From the NCBI GenBank assembly GCA_012520595.1, contig JAAYNZ010000089.1:1-62763 (forward strand): a stretch of 62,763 bases of DNA. The letters run 5' to 3'. A program made the position numbers and the translations under genes. The stretch comes from Candidatus Epulonipiscium sp. (lineage in GTDB: Bacteria; Bacillota; Clostridia; Lachnospirales; JAAYNZ01). The notes under the pieces are model-generated. The model made no database searches, was not told the DNA's origin, and saw only the letters and a list, made by a program, of their open reading frames with translations. Of the stretch, positions 38,514 through 48,899 are shown piece by piece (within the stretch, counting starts at the first letter, position 1; each line of letters starts with the position of its first letter).

Positions 38514-39767
38514 CTATTCCTCCTCTAAAAGATGAAGAAAAATACCACTTCGTAATTTAGGTTCAAACCAAGTAGATTTTGGAGGCATAATTTGATCTGC
38601 ATCAGCTATTTCCATCAATTCTTCAATGGTAGTAGGATATAAAGAAAAGCCTACCTTCATATCTTGTTTTACTCGCCTTTCTATTTCTTTTAATCCTCGA
38701 ACCCCTCCAATAAAATCAATCCGTTCATCCGTTCTAGGATCTTGTATTCCTAAGATAGGATGAAGCAAGTACTTTTGCAAAATGGATACATCTAGTTGAT
38801 CCACAGGATCACAATCATTAATGAGTTCTTCTCTTGTTTTTAAAACATACCATTGTTTTCCTAAGTACATACCAAAAGTATGAGGAGTTTGAGGCTGATA
38901 TGGCTCCTCACATTCCCAAGGTTGAAGAGTAAAAGATGACTGAATAGCAGATAAAAAACCTTCTTCTGTCAATCCATTTAAATCTTTTACAACTCGATTG
39001 TAATCTAAAATTTTAAGTTGATTATGAGGAAAAAGAACACCTAAGAAAAAATTAAACTCTTCTTTTCCTGTGTAATCAAGTTTTTTTTCTCTCCTCGTAA
39101 GGCCCACCTGTACTGCAGAAGCCGCCCTATGATGTCCATCTGCAATATATAATACAGGTACTTTTAAGAACTCTTTTTGAATTTTTTGTATTTCTTCTTG
39201 GCAAGAAATATGCCAAACTTCATGTCGAACTTCATCCTCTGAAATAAAATCATAAATCGGATTTTGTTCATAAATATGTTTTGCAACAATCTTATCAATA
39301 GATACTTGGTGTGAATAGGTTAAAAATATGGGACCTGTGTGAGCATTACATATATCTACATGACGAATACGATCCTGCTCTTTATCGGCTCTTGTTAATT
39401 CATGTTTTTTAATCTCATTATTAAGATAAGCATCAATAGGGACACAGCCTACAATTCCTACTTGGGAACGCCCATTCATTGTAAGTCGATATAAATATAA
39501 AGAGGCGGTGTTATCTTGTTTATAAACACCTTGTTCAATCATTTGATCCAAATTTTTTTTTGCTTCTTGATATACTTGCTCATCATACGGATGAACACTA
39601 TCTTCTAAATCAATTTCAGCTTTATCTACATGTAAAAATGAATAAGGATTATTTTTCACCATTTCTTTTGCCTCTTGTCGATCCATCACATCATAGGGTA
39701 ATGCTGCTACCCGTGAGACAAGGTGAGGAACGGGTCTAAATGCAGAAAAAGGTTTTAATATGGCCAA
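38514..39767 (-). CDS. DUF1015-domain protein (function unknown)
   Basis: 417 aa. ILKPF.A.RP, HE.TR..KE.DR, IADGHHR motifs as I recall for DUF1015. TTG start 7 nt after GGAGG and only 20 nt downstream of the serA stop. Confidence 0.82.
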   Translation of the reverse strand: MAILKPFSAFRPVPHLVSRVAALPYDVMDRQEAKEMVKNNPYSFLHVDKAEIDLEDSVHPYDEQVYQEAKKNLDQMIEQGVYKQDNTASLYLYRLTMNGRSQVGIVGCVPIDAYLNNEIKKHELTRADKEQDRIRHVDICNAHTGPIFLTYSHQVSIDKIVAKHIYEQNPIYDFISEDEVRHEVWHISCQEEIQKIQKEFLKVPVLYIADGHHRAASAVQVGLTRREKKLDYTGKEEFNFFLGVLFPHNQLKILDYNRVVKDLNGLTEEGFLSAIQSSFTLQPWECEEPYQPQTPHTFGMYLGKQWYVLKTREELINDCDPVDQLDVSILQKYLLHPILGIQDPRTDERIDFIGGVRGLKEIERRVKQDMKVGFSLYPTTIEELMEIADADQIMPPKSTWFEPKLRSGIFLHLLEEE

Positions 39768-39787
39768 TGATGTACCTCCTTTTCTAT

Positions 39788-40954
39788 TTATAAAATCCTA
39801 ACTTTACTAACTCCTTGAATGTCTTTTATTTTTTGAATCAGTTCTGGTGTAGGAGCATCCGAAATATCTAACATAGTATATGCATAATCTTTTTTACTTC
39901 GATTTAACATATCTTCAATATTAATATGATAATGGGCTAATAAGGTTGTGATTTGTCCAACCATATTAGGAACATTATGATGATTCACTGCAATACGATA
40001 AGGAATACCTCGTCTTGGCATTACACATTCCGGATAATTAACAGAATTTCGTATATTTCCATTTTCCAAATACTCTTTAAGCTCCGTTACTGCCATAATT
40101 GCACAATTCTCTTCTGATTCAGGAGTGGATGCACCTAAATGAGGAATACAAATCACTTGATCCATTTGCAGCAAAGGTTCTTCTGGAAAATCTGTAATAT
40201 AATTTGTTACAATGTTCTGTTCAATGGCTTTTTTAAGAGCTGAAAAGTCAACTAATCCACCCCGTGAAAAATTCAACAAGCGGACTCCTTTTTTCATCAT
40301 CAAAAATTCTTCTTTTCCTAACATACCTTTCGTATTTTCTAATAAAGGAATATGAAGAGTAATATAATCCGATAATTTCAATAGTTCTTCTAAAGTGTCA
40401 GCTCTTTTTACTCCTCTTGAAAGTCCCCAAGCTGCTTCTACTGAAATAAAGGGATCATATCCTAATACATCCATTCCTAAAGAATGAGCTGCATTGGCTA
40501 CTAATACTCCTATGGCTCCTAGGCCAATGACTCCTATGGTTTTTCCTTGAATCTCTGGTCCTACAAAATCACTTTTACCCTGTTCTACTTTTTTAGGTAT
40601 TTCTTCTCCTTGCCCCACAAGGGATTTAGCCCACTCAATTCCTGCCACAATTTTTCTAGAAGAAAGCAAAATCCCAGCAATCGTTAACTCTTTTACTGCA
40701 TTGGCATTGGCCCCTGGAGTGTTAAATACAACAATGCCTTTTTCAGAACATCGATCAATGGGAATATTATTTACTCCCGCTCCTGCCCTTGCAATAGCTT
40801 TTAGAGAAGAAGACAGTGCCATATCATGCATTTTATAACTTCTGAGTAAAATACCATCAGGATCTTGTATATCCGTTCCTATTGTATATTTATCTTTTGG
40901 CAATAAATCCAAACCTTGCTTAGAAATTTGGTTAAGCACCTGGATGTGATACAT
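39788..40954 (-). CDS. serA: D-3-phosphoglycerate dehydrogenase (with C-terminal ACT domain)
   Basis: NAD-binding GVIGLGAIG, 2-hydroxyacid dehydrogenase catalytic region, ACT-like C-terminus. Start set to the ATG at 40954 (MYHIQVLN...) after AGGGGG, which removes the overlap with serC. Confidence 0.92.
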   Translation of the reverse strand: MYHIQVLNQISKQGLDLLPKDKYTIGTDIQDPDGILLRSYKMHDMALSSSLKAIARAGAGVNNIPIDRCSEKGIVVFNTPGANANAVKELTIAGILLSSRKIVAGIEWAKSLVGQGEEIPKKVEQGKSDFVGPEIQGKTIGVIGLGAIGVLVANAAHSLGMDVLGYDPFISVEAAWGLSRGVKRADTLEELLKLSDYITLHIPLLENTKGMLGKEEFLMMKKGVRLLNFSRGGLVDFSALKKAIEQNIVTNYITDFPEEPLLQMDQVICIPHLGASTPESEENCAIMAVTELKEYLENGNIRNSVNYPECVMPRRGIPYRIAVNHHNVPNMVGQITTLLAHYHINIEDMLNRSKKDYAYTMLDISDAPTPELIQKIKDIQGVSKVRIL

Positions 40955-40964
40955 TGTAATCCCC

Positions 40965-42053
40965 CTATTTACTTGTATATTTTTCTTCAAATTGTTGCAT
41001 AAAATCAACCAATGCTTTTACTCCCTCTATGGGCATAGCATTATAAATACTCGCTCGCATTCCGCCTACACTACGGTGACCTTTTAAATTAACAAGACCT
41101 TCTTGGGTCGCTTCTTTTATAAAGGTTGCATTTAATTCTTCCGTGGGAAGAACAAAAGGAATATTCATTAAAGAACGATCTTTTGATTCTACCGTTCCTT
41201 TAAATACTGCAGACTGATCTAAATAATCATAAATCATTTTTGCTTTTGCTTTATTTTTTTCTGCTATGGCCTCAATACCGCCTTGCTCTTTCAGCCATTC
41301 AAAAACCAATTTAGCAATATAAATGCTATAGGTAGGTGGTGTATTGAACATGGAATTGGCATCTGCATGGGTTTTATAATTAAACATAGTAGGTGTAATA
41401 TCCATAGCGTGCCCAATCAAATCCTCCCGTATAATTACAATCGTTAATCCTGCTGGCCCCATGTTTTTTTGTGCTCCTGCAAAAATGATTCCAAATTTAG
41501 ATACATCATAGGGTTCTGATAAAATATTTGAAGACATATCTGCTACTAGAGGTACTTGCCCTGTTTCAGGCAGTTTAGTATATCGTGTCCCATAAATAGT
41601 ATTATTTGTTGTAATGTAAAAATAATCTGCCTCTTGATCAAATTGAGTAGAATCTAATTCTGGAATATGATTGAAATTTTGTTCCTCGGAAGAAGCTACT
41701 ACTCGAATCTTTCCATATCTTTTTGCTTCTTGAATTGCTTTCTTAGACCATACTCCCGTATTTACATAATCCGCTTTCTTACTTTTCCAAAATAAATTTA
41801 ATGGAACCATCGCAAATTGACTAGAGGCTCCACCTTGTAAAAATAATACTTTATAATTGGAAGGAATGTTCATTAATTCTCGTAGAAGTTGCTCAGCTTG
41901 TGTAATAATTTTTTCATAACTTTTAGAACGATGACTCATTTCCATTACAGACATTCCTGTGTCTTGATAACATACCAATTCTTCTTGTGCTTTTTTCAGT
42001 ACACTTTCCGGCAATACGGAAGGTCCTGCAGAAAAATTATAAACTCGCTTCAT
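40965..42053 (-). CDS. serC: Phosphoserine aminotransferase
   Basis: MKRVYNFSAGPSVLPE...GAQKN.GPAG...; 362 aa, full-length SerC. Confidence 0.95.
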   Translation of the reverse strand: MKRVYNFSAGPSVLPESVLKKAQEELVCYQDTGMSVMEMSHRSKSYEKIITQAEQLLRELMNIPSNYKVLFLQGGASSQFAMVPLNLFWKSKKADYVNTGVWSKKAIQEAKRYGKIRVVASSEEQNFNHIPELDSTQFDQEADYFYITTNNTIYGTRYTKLPETGQVPLVADMSSNILSEPYDVSKFGIIFAGAQKNMGPAGLTIVIIREDLIGHAMDITPTMFNYKTHADANSMFNTPPTYSIYIAKLVFEWLKEQGGIEAIAEKNKAKAKMIYDYLDQSAVFKGTVESKDRSLMNIPFVLPTEELNATFIKEATQEGLVNLKGHRSVGGMRASIYNAMPIEGVKALVDFMQQFEEKYTSK

Positions 42054-42327
42054 AATACCCCTCCTGATATTAAAGATAAAAATTTAACAAATAGGCTGTT
42101 TGAATGGTACACAAATTTAATTGATTCTATTGAACAGTCTAATTTTATATTTGATTATATACCAAAATTCTGCTTTTCGTCAATGATTAATCTGAATATT
42201 TTAAAACCCGAATGTAGTCTCTTCTATACTTTCATAAGCATTACAGCTGTTGTATTACTTACACCCTTACTAAAAAAGATAAACGATGACTTCCTTGACA
42301 AAATAACATATACACTTTGTTGTTAGA

Positions 42328-45300
42328 CTATAATGGATCATAAGTGAGCGAAATCCCTCCTTGGATTTCCTTCCATGCCGTCAAATAAGCAAAAGCCGTA
42401 TCCACAGAAGTAAAACAAGGGATCTTATGTTGGTGCGCCCAGTATCGAATTTGAAATCCTTTCCGTTTTGGATCCTTTCCCCGAGTTGGAACATTAAGTA
42501 CTATTTGAATTTCACCATTTCTCATTTTTCCCTGAATCAATGAAATTGAGTCCTTACTAAGAATCTCAACTTCTATCCCCTGTTGTTCTAAAAATTCACC
42601 AGTTCCTTCTGTAGCAACAAAAGCAAAACCTAAATAACGTAATTCCTTTATAAAAGATAGTACTTCTAAACGTTCTTTTGGATTCACCGAGACAAATACT
42701 TTTCCTGATGCTGGAAAAGAATAGCCGGCTCCTTGAAATCCCTTGACTAAGGCTTTTTCATAAGATAAATCCATTCCTAACACTTCTCCGGTTGATTTCA
42801 TTTCAGGAGTTAAAGCTACATCTACATCAGATAATTTCTGAAAAGAAAATACAGGTACTTTAACGGACGTAAAAGCCATATTAGGTAGTAAACCTAAGCC
42901 ATATCCTTGTTCTTTCAAAGTTTCGCCTAATATTACTCGAACAGCTATATCAACCATTGGAATTTTTGTAATTTTACTTAGGATAGGAACTGTTCTAGAG
43001 GCTCTAGGATTGACTTCAATCACGTATACCCGTTGATTTCGTACTACAAATTGGATATTCATAAGTCCTATAACCTGAAGGGCCTCTGCAATCTTTTTAG
43101 TGTTTTCTACAATTTCTTCTATGACAGAAGAAGAAAGTCTTCTTGGTGGATATACTCCAATACTATCTCCCGAATGAACTCCTGTTCGTTCAATATGTTC
43201 CATAATACCAGGAATCAAAATATCCTTTCCATCGGATATAGCATCCACCTCCACCTCGATCCCTTTAATATACTCATCAATTAAAACACCATGTCCTTGT
43301 GCTGCATTTGTAGCTTCTTCTAAATAACCCCTTAGCTCTTCTTCTGTATAAACCACCTGCATGGCTCTTCCACCTATTACATACGAAGGGCGAACTAATA
43401 CAGGATATCCAATTCCATTGGCAATGGCAACCCCTTCTTCTATGGTAGTAGCTGTATCTCCTTTAGGACGCAAAATATTTAATTCTTTTAAAAGTCCTTC
43501 AAAGCGTTTTCGATCTTCAGCAGCATCAATGGATTCCACAGAAGTTCCTAAAATTTGAACTCCACGTTGTACTAACTTGGGCGCTAAATCAATAGAGGTT
43601 TGCCCTCCAAACTGAACGATTACTCCCTTAGGCATCTCTGCTCGAACAACATTATAAACATCCTCAATATACAAAGGCTCAAAGTAGAGCTTATCAGCAA
43701 TATCAAAATCAGTACTTACTGTTTCTGGGTTATTATTTACCATGATCGCTTCATATCCTGCCCTTCGTAAAGCTTTAATGGCATGAACTGAACAATAATC
43801 AAATTCGATCCCTTGCCCAATTCGAATAGGACCGGAACCAATAACAATCACTTTCTGCTTTTTGCTAATCTCATTTTCATCTATTTGGTCATAGGTTGAA
43901 TAATAATAAGGCATTTTTTTCCCATCCGATCCTACCCAGTGGTCAATTCTTTTATAAACTGGATAAATATGATGAGCTCTTCGTAATGTATCAATGGCTA
44001 TCGCATCTTGACCTGATAGATCTTGAATTTCTACATCTGTAAAGCCAATGGTTTCTGCTTCTTTTAATAAATCTACTGTCAAAGGCTCTTGCTGCAATCT
44101 TTCTTCAACATAAATAATATGCTGTATTTTTTCCAAAAACCAAGGATGTATTTTTGTAATGGAATGAATTTGTTCAATACTTATCTTGGAACGCAAAGCC
44201 TGGGCAATAGTAAAAATTCTTTGATCATCACAAATGGACAAGCGATCATATAATTCTTCTTTTGTTACGTTTAAAAATTCTTTTTTACGCAATCCTGTAT
44301 CCGTTCCCTCTAAAGAAATGACTGCTTTTAAAAAAGAACTTTCAAAGATACGATCAATGGCCATAACTTCTCCTGTTGCTTTCATTTGAGTACCAAGACG
44401 TCGATCACCATAAGCAAATTTATCAAAAGGCCATTTAGGAATTTTAGTTACTACATAATCCATTCTCTTTTCAAAACTAATTTCTTGTTCTGGTTTCTTT
44501 ATCCATGGTAAAATTTCATCCAGATAAAGTCCTAAAGCTATTTTCGCCGTTACTTTCGCAATAGGAAATCCTGTTGCTTTTGAAGCCAAGGCAGAAGAAC
44601 GACTAACCCTAGGATTTACCTCTATTACAATGTATTCTTCTGTGGCAGGATGAAGAGCAAATTGTACATTACAACCTCCTTCAATTCCTAGGGATTGAAC
44701 AATGTTAAAAGCAGATGTTTTTAATATATTATATTCTGAATCAGTAAGTGTCTGGCAAGGAGCCACCACAATACTATCACCAGTATGAATTCCTACTGGA
44801 TCCATGTTTTCCATGCTGCAAATAATAAGCATGGTATCGTTGGCATCTCGAATTACCTCATATTCGATCTCTCTCCATCCTGCTACACTTTGTTCTACCA
44901 AAACTTGTTGAATGGGACTATGTAATAAACCCGTATGAAGCACTTCTTGTAATTCTTCTACACAATGGGCAATTCCTCCCCCTGTTCCGCCTAATGTATA
45001 TGCTGGGCGCACAATAACTGGAAAACCAATTTGAGTAGCAAATTGTAATCCTTCTTCTACGGTACTAAAAATACCACTTTCTGCTATGGGTTCCTTGATT
45101 TCTGTCATTAACTTTTTAAATTTTTCTCGATCCTCTGCCTTTTGAATAGCATGAATAGAAGTACCTAACAGCTCCACTCCATAAGCTTCTAAAACTCCTT
45201 TTTCTACTAATTCTACAGCTAAGTTTAATGCGGTTTGCCCCCCTAATGTAGCTAATAAACCTTGGGGACGCTCCTCTTTAAGAATCGTGCTAACAGTCTC

Positions 45301-45513
45301 TACCGTCATGGGTTGAATATAGATTCGATCGGCTACTGTTTCATCTGTCATAATGGTAGCTGGATTACTATTCAGAAGAATGACAAAGATCCCTTCTTCT
45401 TTTAACGCTTTACAAGCTTGGGTTCCTGCATAATCAAATTCAGCTGCTTGCCCAATAATAATAGGACCTGAGCCTAACACAAGGACCTTCTTTATCTTCG
45501 AACTTTTAGGCAT
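42328..45513 (-). CDS. carB: Carbamoyl-phosphate synthase large subunit
   Basis: 1061 aa. Duplicated ATP-grasp halves (VLVLGSGPIIIGQAAEFDY... and VIVIGSGPIRIGQGIEFDY...) and a C-terminal MGS-like domain. Confidence 0.97.
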   Translation of the reverse strand: MPKSSKIKKVLVLGSGPIIIGQAAEFDYAGTQACKALKEEGIFVILLNSNPATIMTDETVADRIYIQPMTVETVSTILKEERPQGLLATLGGQTALNLAVELVEKGVLEAYGVELLGTSIHAIQKAEDREKFKKLMTEIKEPIAESGIFSTVEEGLQFATQIGFPVIVRPAYTLGGTGGGIAHCVEELQEVLHTGLLHSPIQQVLVEQSVAGWREIEYEVIRDANDTMLIICSMENMDPVGIHTGDSIVVAPCQTLTDSEYNILKTSAFNIVQSLGIEGGCNVQFALHPATEEYIVIEVNPRVSRSSALASKATGFPIAKVTAKIALGLYLDEILPWIKKPEQEISFEKRMDYVVTKIPKWPFDKFAYGDRRLGTQMKATGEVMAIDRIFESSFLKAVISLEGTDTGLRKKEFLNVTKEELYDRLSICDDQRIFTIAQALRSKISIEQIHSITKIHPWFLEKIQHIIYVEERLQQEPLTVDLLKEAETIGFTDVEIQDLSGQDAIAIDTLRRAHHIYPVYKRIDHWVGSDGKKMPYYYSTYDQIDENEISKKQKVIVIGSGPIRIGQGIEFDYCSVHAIKALRRAGYEAIMVNNNPETVSTDFDIADKLYFEPLYIEDVYNVVRAEMPKGVIVQFGGQTSIDLAPKLVQRGVQILGTSVESIDAAEDRKRFEGLLKELNILRPKGDTATTIEEGVAIANGIGYPVLVRPSYVIGGRAMQVVYTEEELRGYLEEATNAAQGHGVLIDEYIKGIEVEVDAISDGKDILIPGIMEHIERTGVHSGDSIGVYPPRRLSSSVIEEIVENTKKIAEALQVIGLMNIQFVVRNQRVYVIEVNPRASRTVPILSKITKIPMVDIAVRVILGETLKEQGYGLGLLPNMAFTSVKVPVFSFQKLSDVDVALTPEMKSTGEVLGMDLSYEKALVKGFQGAGYSFPASGKVFVSVNPKERLEVLSFIKELRYLGFAFVATEGTGEFLEQQGIEVEILSKDSISLIQGKMRNGEIQIVLNVPTRGKDPKRKGFQIRYWAHQHKIPCFTSVDTAFAYLTAWKEIQGGISLTYDPL

Positions 45514-45573
45514 ATTTATCCCTCCTTTTGTTTTTATAGTATTTAGTTCTACATCATCCTTATTTTATTAAAA

Positions 45574-46758
45574 TTATACTTCTGAAAGAACTTCATCTAA
45601 AATAGAAATACCTTCATCCATCTCCTCTTTAGAAATGACTAAAGGAGGCACAAAACGAATAATATGAGTTCCTGCCCCTACTAATAAAAGCCCTTTATCC
45701 ATACATTTTTGAATTATTTCTTGTACAGGAATATGAAATTCAAGACCTTTCATTAATCCTATCCCCCGCATGTCTTTTATCACAGTATGCTTTTTTTGTA
45801 GACGGCACAGTTGCTGATTTAAATACTCTCCTTTTTCTTCTACTTGTGCTAATAATCCTTTTTCTAAGAGTTCTTGTAAAACCACTTTAGCAGCTGTGCA
45901 GGCCAAAGGATTGCCTCCAAAAGTAGAGGCGTGATCTCCTGGTGTAAAACAGTTAGCTATTTCTTGTTTTGCTAAAACGGCACCTATGGGAATCCCTCCG
46001 CCTAATCCTTTTGCTGTTGCGATGATATCTGGCTCAATCTCATACCACTCATGCGCAAAAAGCTTTCCTGTTCGCCCTATGCCTGTCTGTACTTCGTCCA
46101 GTACAAGTAAAATATTTTTTTCCGTACATAATTTTCGTAATGTTTGTAAATAATCTGGATCTACAGGCCATATGCCTCCTTCTCCTTGGATCGGCTCTAA
46201 TAAAATAGCACAAGTTTCTTCTGATATTGCCTGTTTAATGGCTTCTATATCATTAAATACAACATGATCTACTCCAGGTAATAAGGGGATAAAATCTTTT
46301 TGATATTTTTCTTGTCCCGTTGCCGTTAATGCCCCTAAAGTACGTCCATGGAAAGATTGTTTCATGCTAATGATCCGATAACAACGAGCCCCTTTTTTCT
46401 TTTTCCCATATTTTCGGCTTAATTTTAAAGCACCTTCAATGGCTTCTGCTCCACTATTGCAAAAAAAGACTTGATCAAAACAAGTGTTTTTTACCAAATA
46501 CTCAGCTGCTTCAATCGCTGGTTGATTCCAATATAAATTAGAGCAATGACACAAGTTATGTAACTGAGAAGATAAGGCTTCTGCATAAGTAGTATGCTTA
46601 TACCCTAAGGCATTTACAGCAATGCCCGCTCCAAAATCCAAATACCTTTTTCCATTCAGATCCCAAAGATAAACCCCTTCTCCTTTTTCTACTACGATTG
46701 GAAAGGAGGAATAGGTGTTCATTCGTACTTTTTTTCCTCTTTCAATCCAGTTTTCCAT
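45574..46758 (-). CDS. argD: Acetylornithine aminotransferase
   Basis: Class III aminotransferase (NSGAEA...DEVQTGIGRTGK...ATAKGLGGG). Start set to the ATG at 46758, 6 nt after GGGGAG. Overlaps the argB end by 17 nt. Confidence 0.93.
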   Translation of the reverse strand: MENWIERGKKVRMNTYSSFPIVVEKGEGVYLWDLNGKRYLDFGAGIAVNALGYKHTTYAEALSSQLHNLCHCSNLYWNQPAIEAAEYLVKNTCFDQVFFCNSGAEAIEGALKLSRKYGKKKKGARCYRIISMKQSFHGRTLGALTATGQEKYQKDFIPLLPGVDHVVFNDIEAIKQAISEETCAILLEPIQGEGGIWPVDPDYLQTLRKLCTEKNILLVLDEVQTGIGRTGKLFAHEWYEIEPDIIATAKGLGGGIPIGAVLAKQEIANCFTPGDHASTFGGNPLACTAAKVVLQELLEKGLLAQVEEKGEYLNQQLCRLQKKHTVIKDMRGIGLMKGLEFHIPVQEIIQKCMDKGLLLVGAGTHIIRFVPPLVISKEEMDEGISILDEVLSEV

Positions 46759-47629
46759 TCCCAACTCCCCTTTTTTCGATTAATGTCCCAATTCCTTTTT
46801 GTGTAAAAACTTCAAGCAATAAGCAATGTTCCACTCTTCCATCTAAAATATGAACTTGCTCCACACCTTTTTTAATTCCCTCTACACTAGATTGTACTTT
46901 AGGAATCATTCCTCCGGAAATAATGCCTTTATTGATATATTCTTCCACTTCATCTACATACAATTTAGAAATCAAAGAATTTCCATCAGACACATCTTCT
47001 AAAACGCCTTCTACATCTGTTAAAAAAATTAATTTTCTTGCCTGTAAAGCTCCCGCAATAGCTAAGGCCGCATAATCTGCATTGATATTATAAGTATTTC
47101 CTTCTAGATCGGTTCCGATTGGTGCGATGACTGGAATAAAATGATTGTCTATCAATACTTTTAATAACTCTAAATTAATTTTTTCCACTTCTCCAACAAA
47201 ACCTATGTCTTCCCCGTCTACATACATCTTATGGGCCTGTATGGTCCCTCCATCCTTGCCTGAAATACCTACTGCATGGACCCCACAGTTTTCTAATTGT
47301 TGTACAATATTTTTATTGATGTTCCCAGATAAAACCATTTCCACCATTTCCATTGTTTCTTCATCGGTTACTCTTAGTCCTTTAATAAAGACTGACTGTT
47401 TACTCATTTTTTTCATGGTTTCATTAATTTTAGGACCTCCCCCATGAACAATAACAGGCTGAAATCCTACCAATTTCATTAATGCAATATCTTGAATAAT
47501 GGATGTTTGAATCTTTTTATCTAACATAGCACTGCCGCCATATTTAATAACAATTATACTTTTTGCAAATTCTTTAATATATGGAAGTGCTTCTACTAGG
47601 GTTTTTGCCTTTACAATCACTTGTTCCAA
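46742..47629 (-). CDS. argB: Acetylglutamate kinase
   Basis: IVIKYGGSAM...VHGGGP...NINAD... pattern. TTG start at 47629 after AAAGGAGAGGGG. Confidence 0.95.
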   Translation of the reverse strand: MEQVIVKAKTLVEALPYIKEFAKSIIVIKYGGSAMLDKKIQTSIIQDIALMKLVGFQPVIVHGGGPKINETMKKMSKQSVFIKGLRVTDEETMEMVEMVLSGNINKNIVQQLENCGVHAVGISGKDGGTIQAHKMYVDGEDIGFVGEVEKINLELLKVLIDNHFIPVIAPIGTDLEGNTYNINADYAALAIAGALQARKLIFLTDVEGVLEDVSDGNSLISKLYVDEVEEYINKGIISGGMIPKVQSSVEGIKKGVEQVHILDGRVEHCLLLEVFTQKGIGTLIEKRGVGNGKLD

Positions 47630-47644
47630 AATACCCCTCTCCTT

Positions 47645-48865
47645 TCATGTTCTGTAATCTCCATTGATTTTGACGTAATCATAACTTAAATCACATCCCC
47701 ATCCTACGGCCTTTTCTTTTCCAGAGTCCAAATAAACATTGATTTGTATTTCTTCTTCTTTTAAAATTTTCTTTGCTTTTTCTTCATCAAAATTGAGAGG
47801 ACTTCCTTGTTTCATTAAAACAATGGAACCTCCTGCACTTTTAAAACAAATAGTAATCTTATGCGGATCAAAAGTAACTCCTGAATATCCCATGGAAGCT
47901 AAAATTCTTCCCCAATTTGCATCTTCTCCGAAAAAAGCAGTTTTTACTAAATTAGAAGTCAGAATAGACATGGCCAATTGCTTCGCTTCCTCTTTTGTTT
48001 TTGCTTCTTGTATTTGAACTTCTAAAAATTTAGTGGCTCCTTCACCATCTTTTACAATTTGCTGTGCTAGATAATTGTTTATATACTGAAGGCCTTTTTT
48101 AAACTGAAAATACTCCCCTGTATCTTCTTCAATGGGCTTATTTTTAGCTAACCCATTGGCTAAAATAACCACCATATCATTGGTGCTAGTATCTCCATCA
48201 ACAGAAATCATATGATACGAATCTTCCACCGTTTCCTTTAATGCTTTCTGTAATAAATCCTCTGAAATACAAGCATCCGTTGTGATAAAAGATAGCATGG
48301 TTGCCATATTGGGATGGATCATCCCTGAACCTTTTGCCATTCCTCCTATCCGAATGGTTTTATTCCCTATTGGAAGTTCGATAGCCATTTCTTTTCTAAA
48401 AGTATCTGTCGTCATAATTCCTTCTGCAGCCTCAGATCCTCCTTTTAAAGAAGAGGATAACAAAGGAATGGTCTTTTGAATCCCTGCGCTGATCGTCTTC
48501 ATAGGTAGCAAAACACCAATGACACCCGTAGATGCTACAAGTACATCTTGGGGTTGTAACCCTAAGCAATTGGCTGTTACTTCTGCCATTGTTTCTGTAT
48601 CTTTCATTCCTTGATCGCCAGTACAAGCATTGGCATTTCCACTATTGATCACAATGGCTTGAACTTTTCCATGTTTATTTACAATTTTTTGATTCCAAAG
48701 AACAGGAGCTGCTTTTACTACATTGGTTGTAAATACACCTGCTACTTTTGCAGGTTCTTGACTGTATAACAAAGATAAATCCTTTCGTTTCTTTTTGATT
48801 CCTATGTGTTCTCCTGCTGCTTGAAAACCTAAAGGAACTGTTACTCCACCTTGAATCACTTTCAT
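47645..48865 (-). CDS. argJ: Bifunctional ornithine acetyltransferase / N-acetylglutamate synthase
   Basis: 406 aa with the autoprocessing-site context ...NMATMLSFITTDA... Confidence 0.95.
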   Translation of the reverse strand: MKVIQGGVTVPLGFQAAGEHIGIKKKRKDLSLLYSQEPAKVAGVFTTNVVKAAPVLWNQKIVNKHGKVQAIVINSGNANACTGDQGMKDTETMAEVTANCLGLQPQDVLVASTGVIGVLLPMKTISAGIQKTIPLLSSSLKGGSEAAEGIMTTDTFRKEMAIELPIGNKTIRIGGMAKGSGMIHPNMATMLSFITTDACISEDLLQKALKETVEDSYHMISVDGDTSTNDMVVILANGLAKNKPIEEDTGEYFQFKKGLQYINNYLAQQIVKDGEGATKFLEVQIQEAKTKEEAKQLAMSILTSNLVKTAFFGEDANWGRILASMGYSGVTFDPHKITICFKSAGGSIVLMKQGSPLNFDEEKAKKILKEEEIQINVYLDSGKEKAVGWGCDLSYDYVKINGDYRT

Positions 48866-48899
48866 CTAGATACCTCCTTTTTATTTTTTATTAACTGAA

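Noticed and set aside
41889-42326. 145-aa plus-strand ORF spanning the carB-serC intergenic region
   Set aside because: It starts antisense within serC, has no Shine-Dalgarno motif, and is Cys/Phe/Ile-rich with no recognisable domain. It is best explained as a chance open frame in AT-rich spacer.
48432-48626. Same-strand alternative-frame ORFs inside argJ (48432-48626) and inside the GntP permease gene (58760-58957)
   Set aside because: They are embedded in strongly supported genes, are Arg/Cys-rich, have no RBS, and show no slippery-sequence context that would suggest programmed frameshifting.
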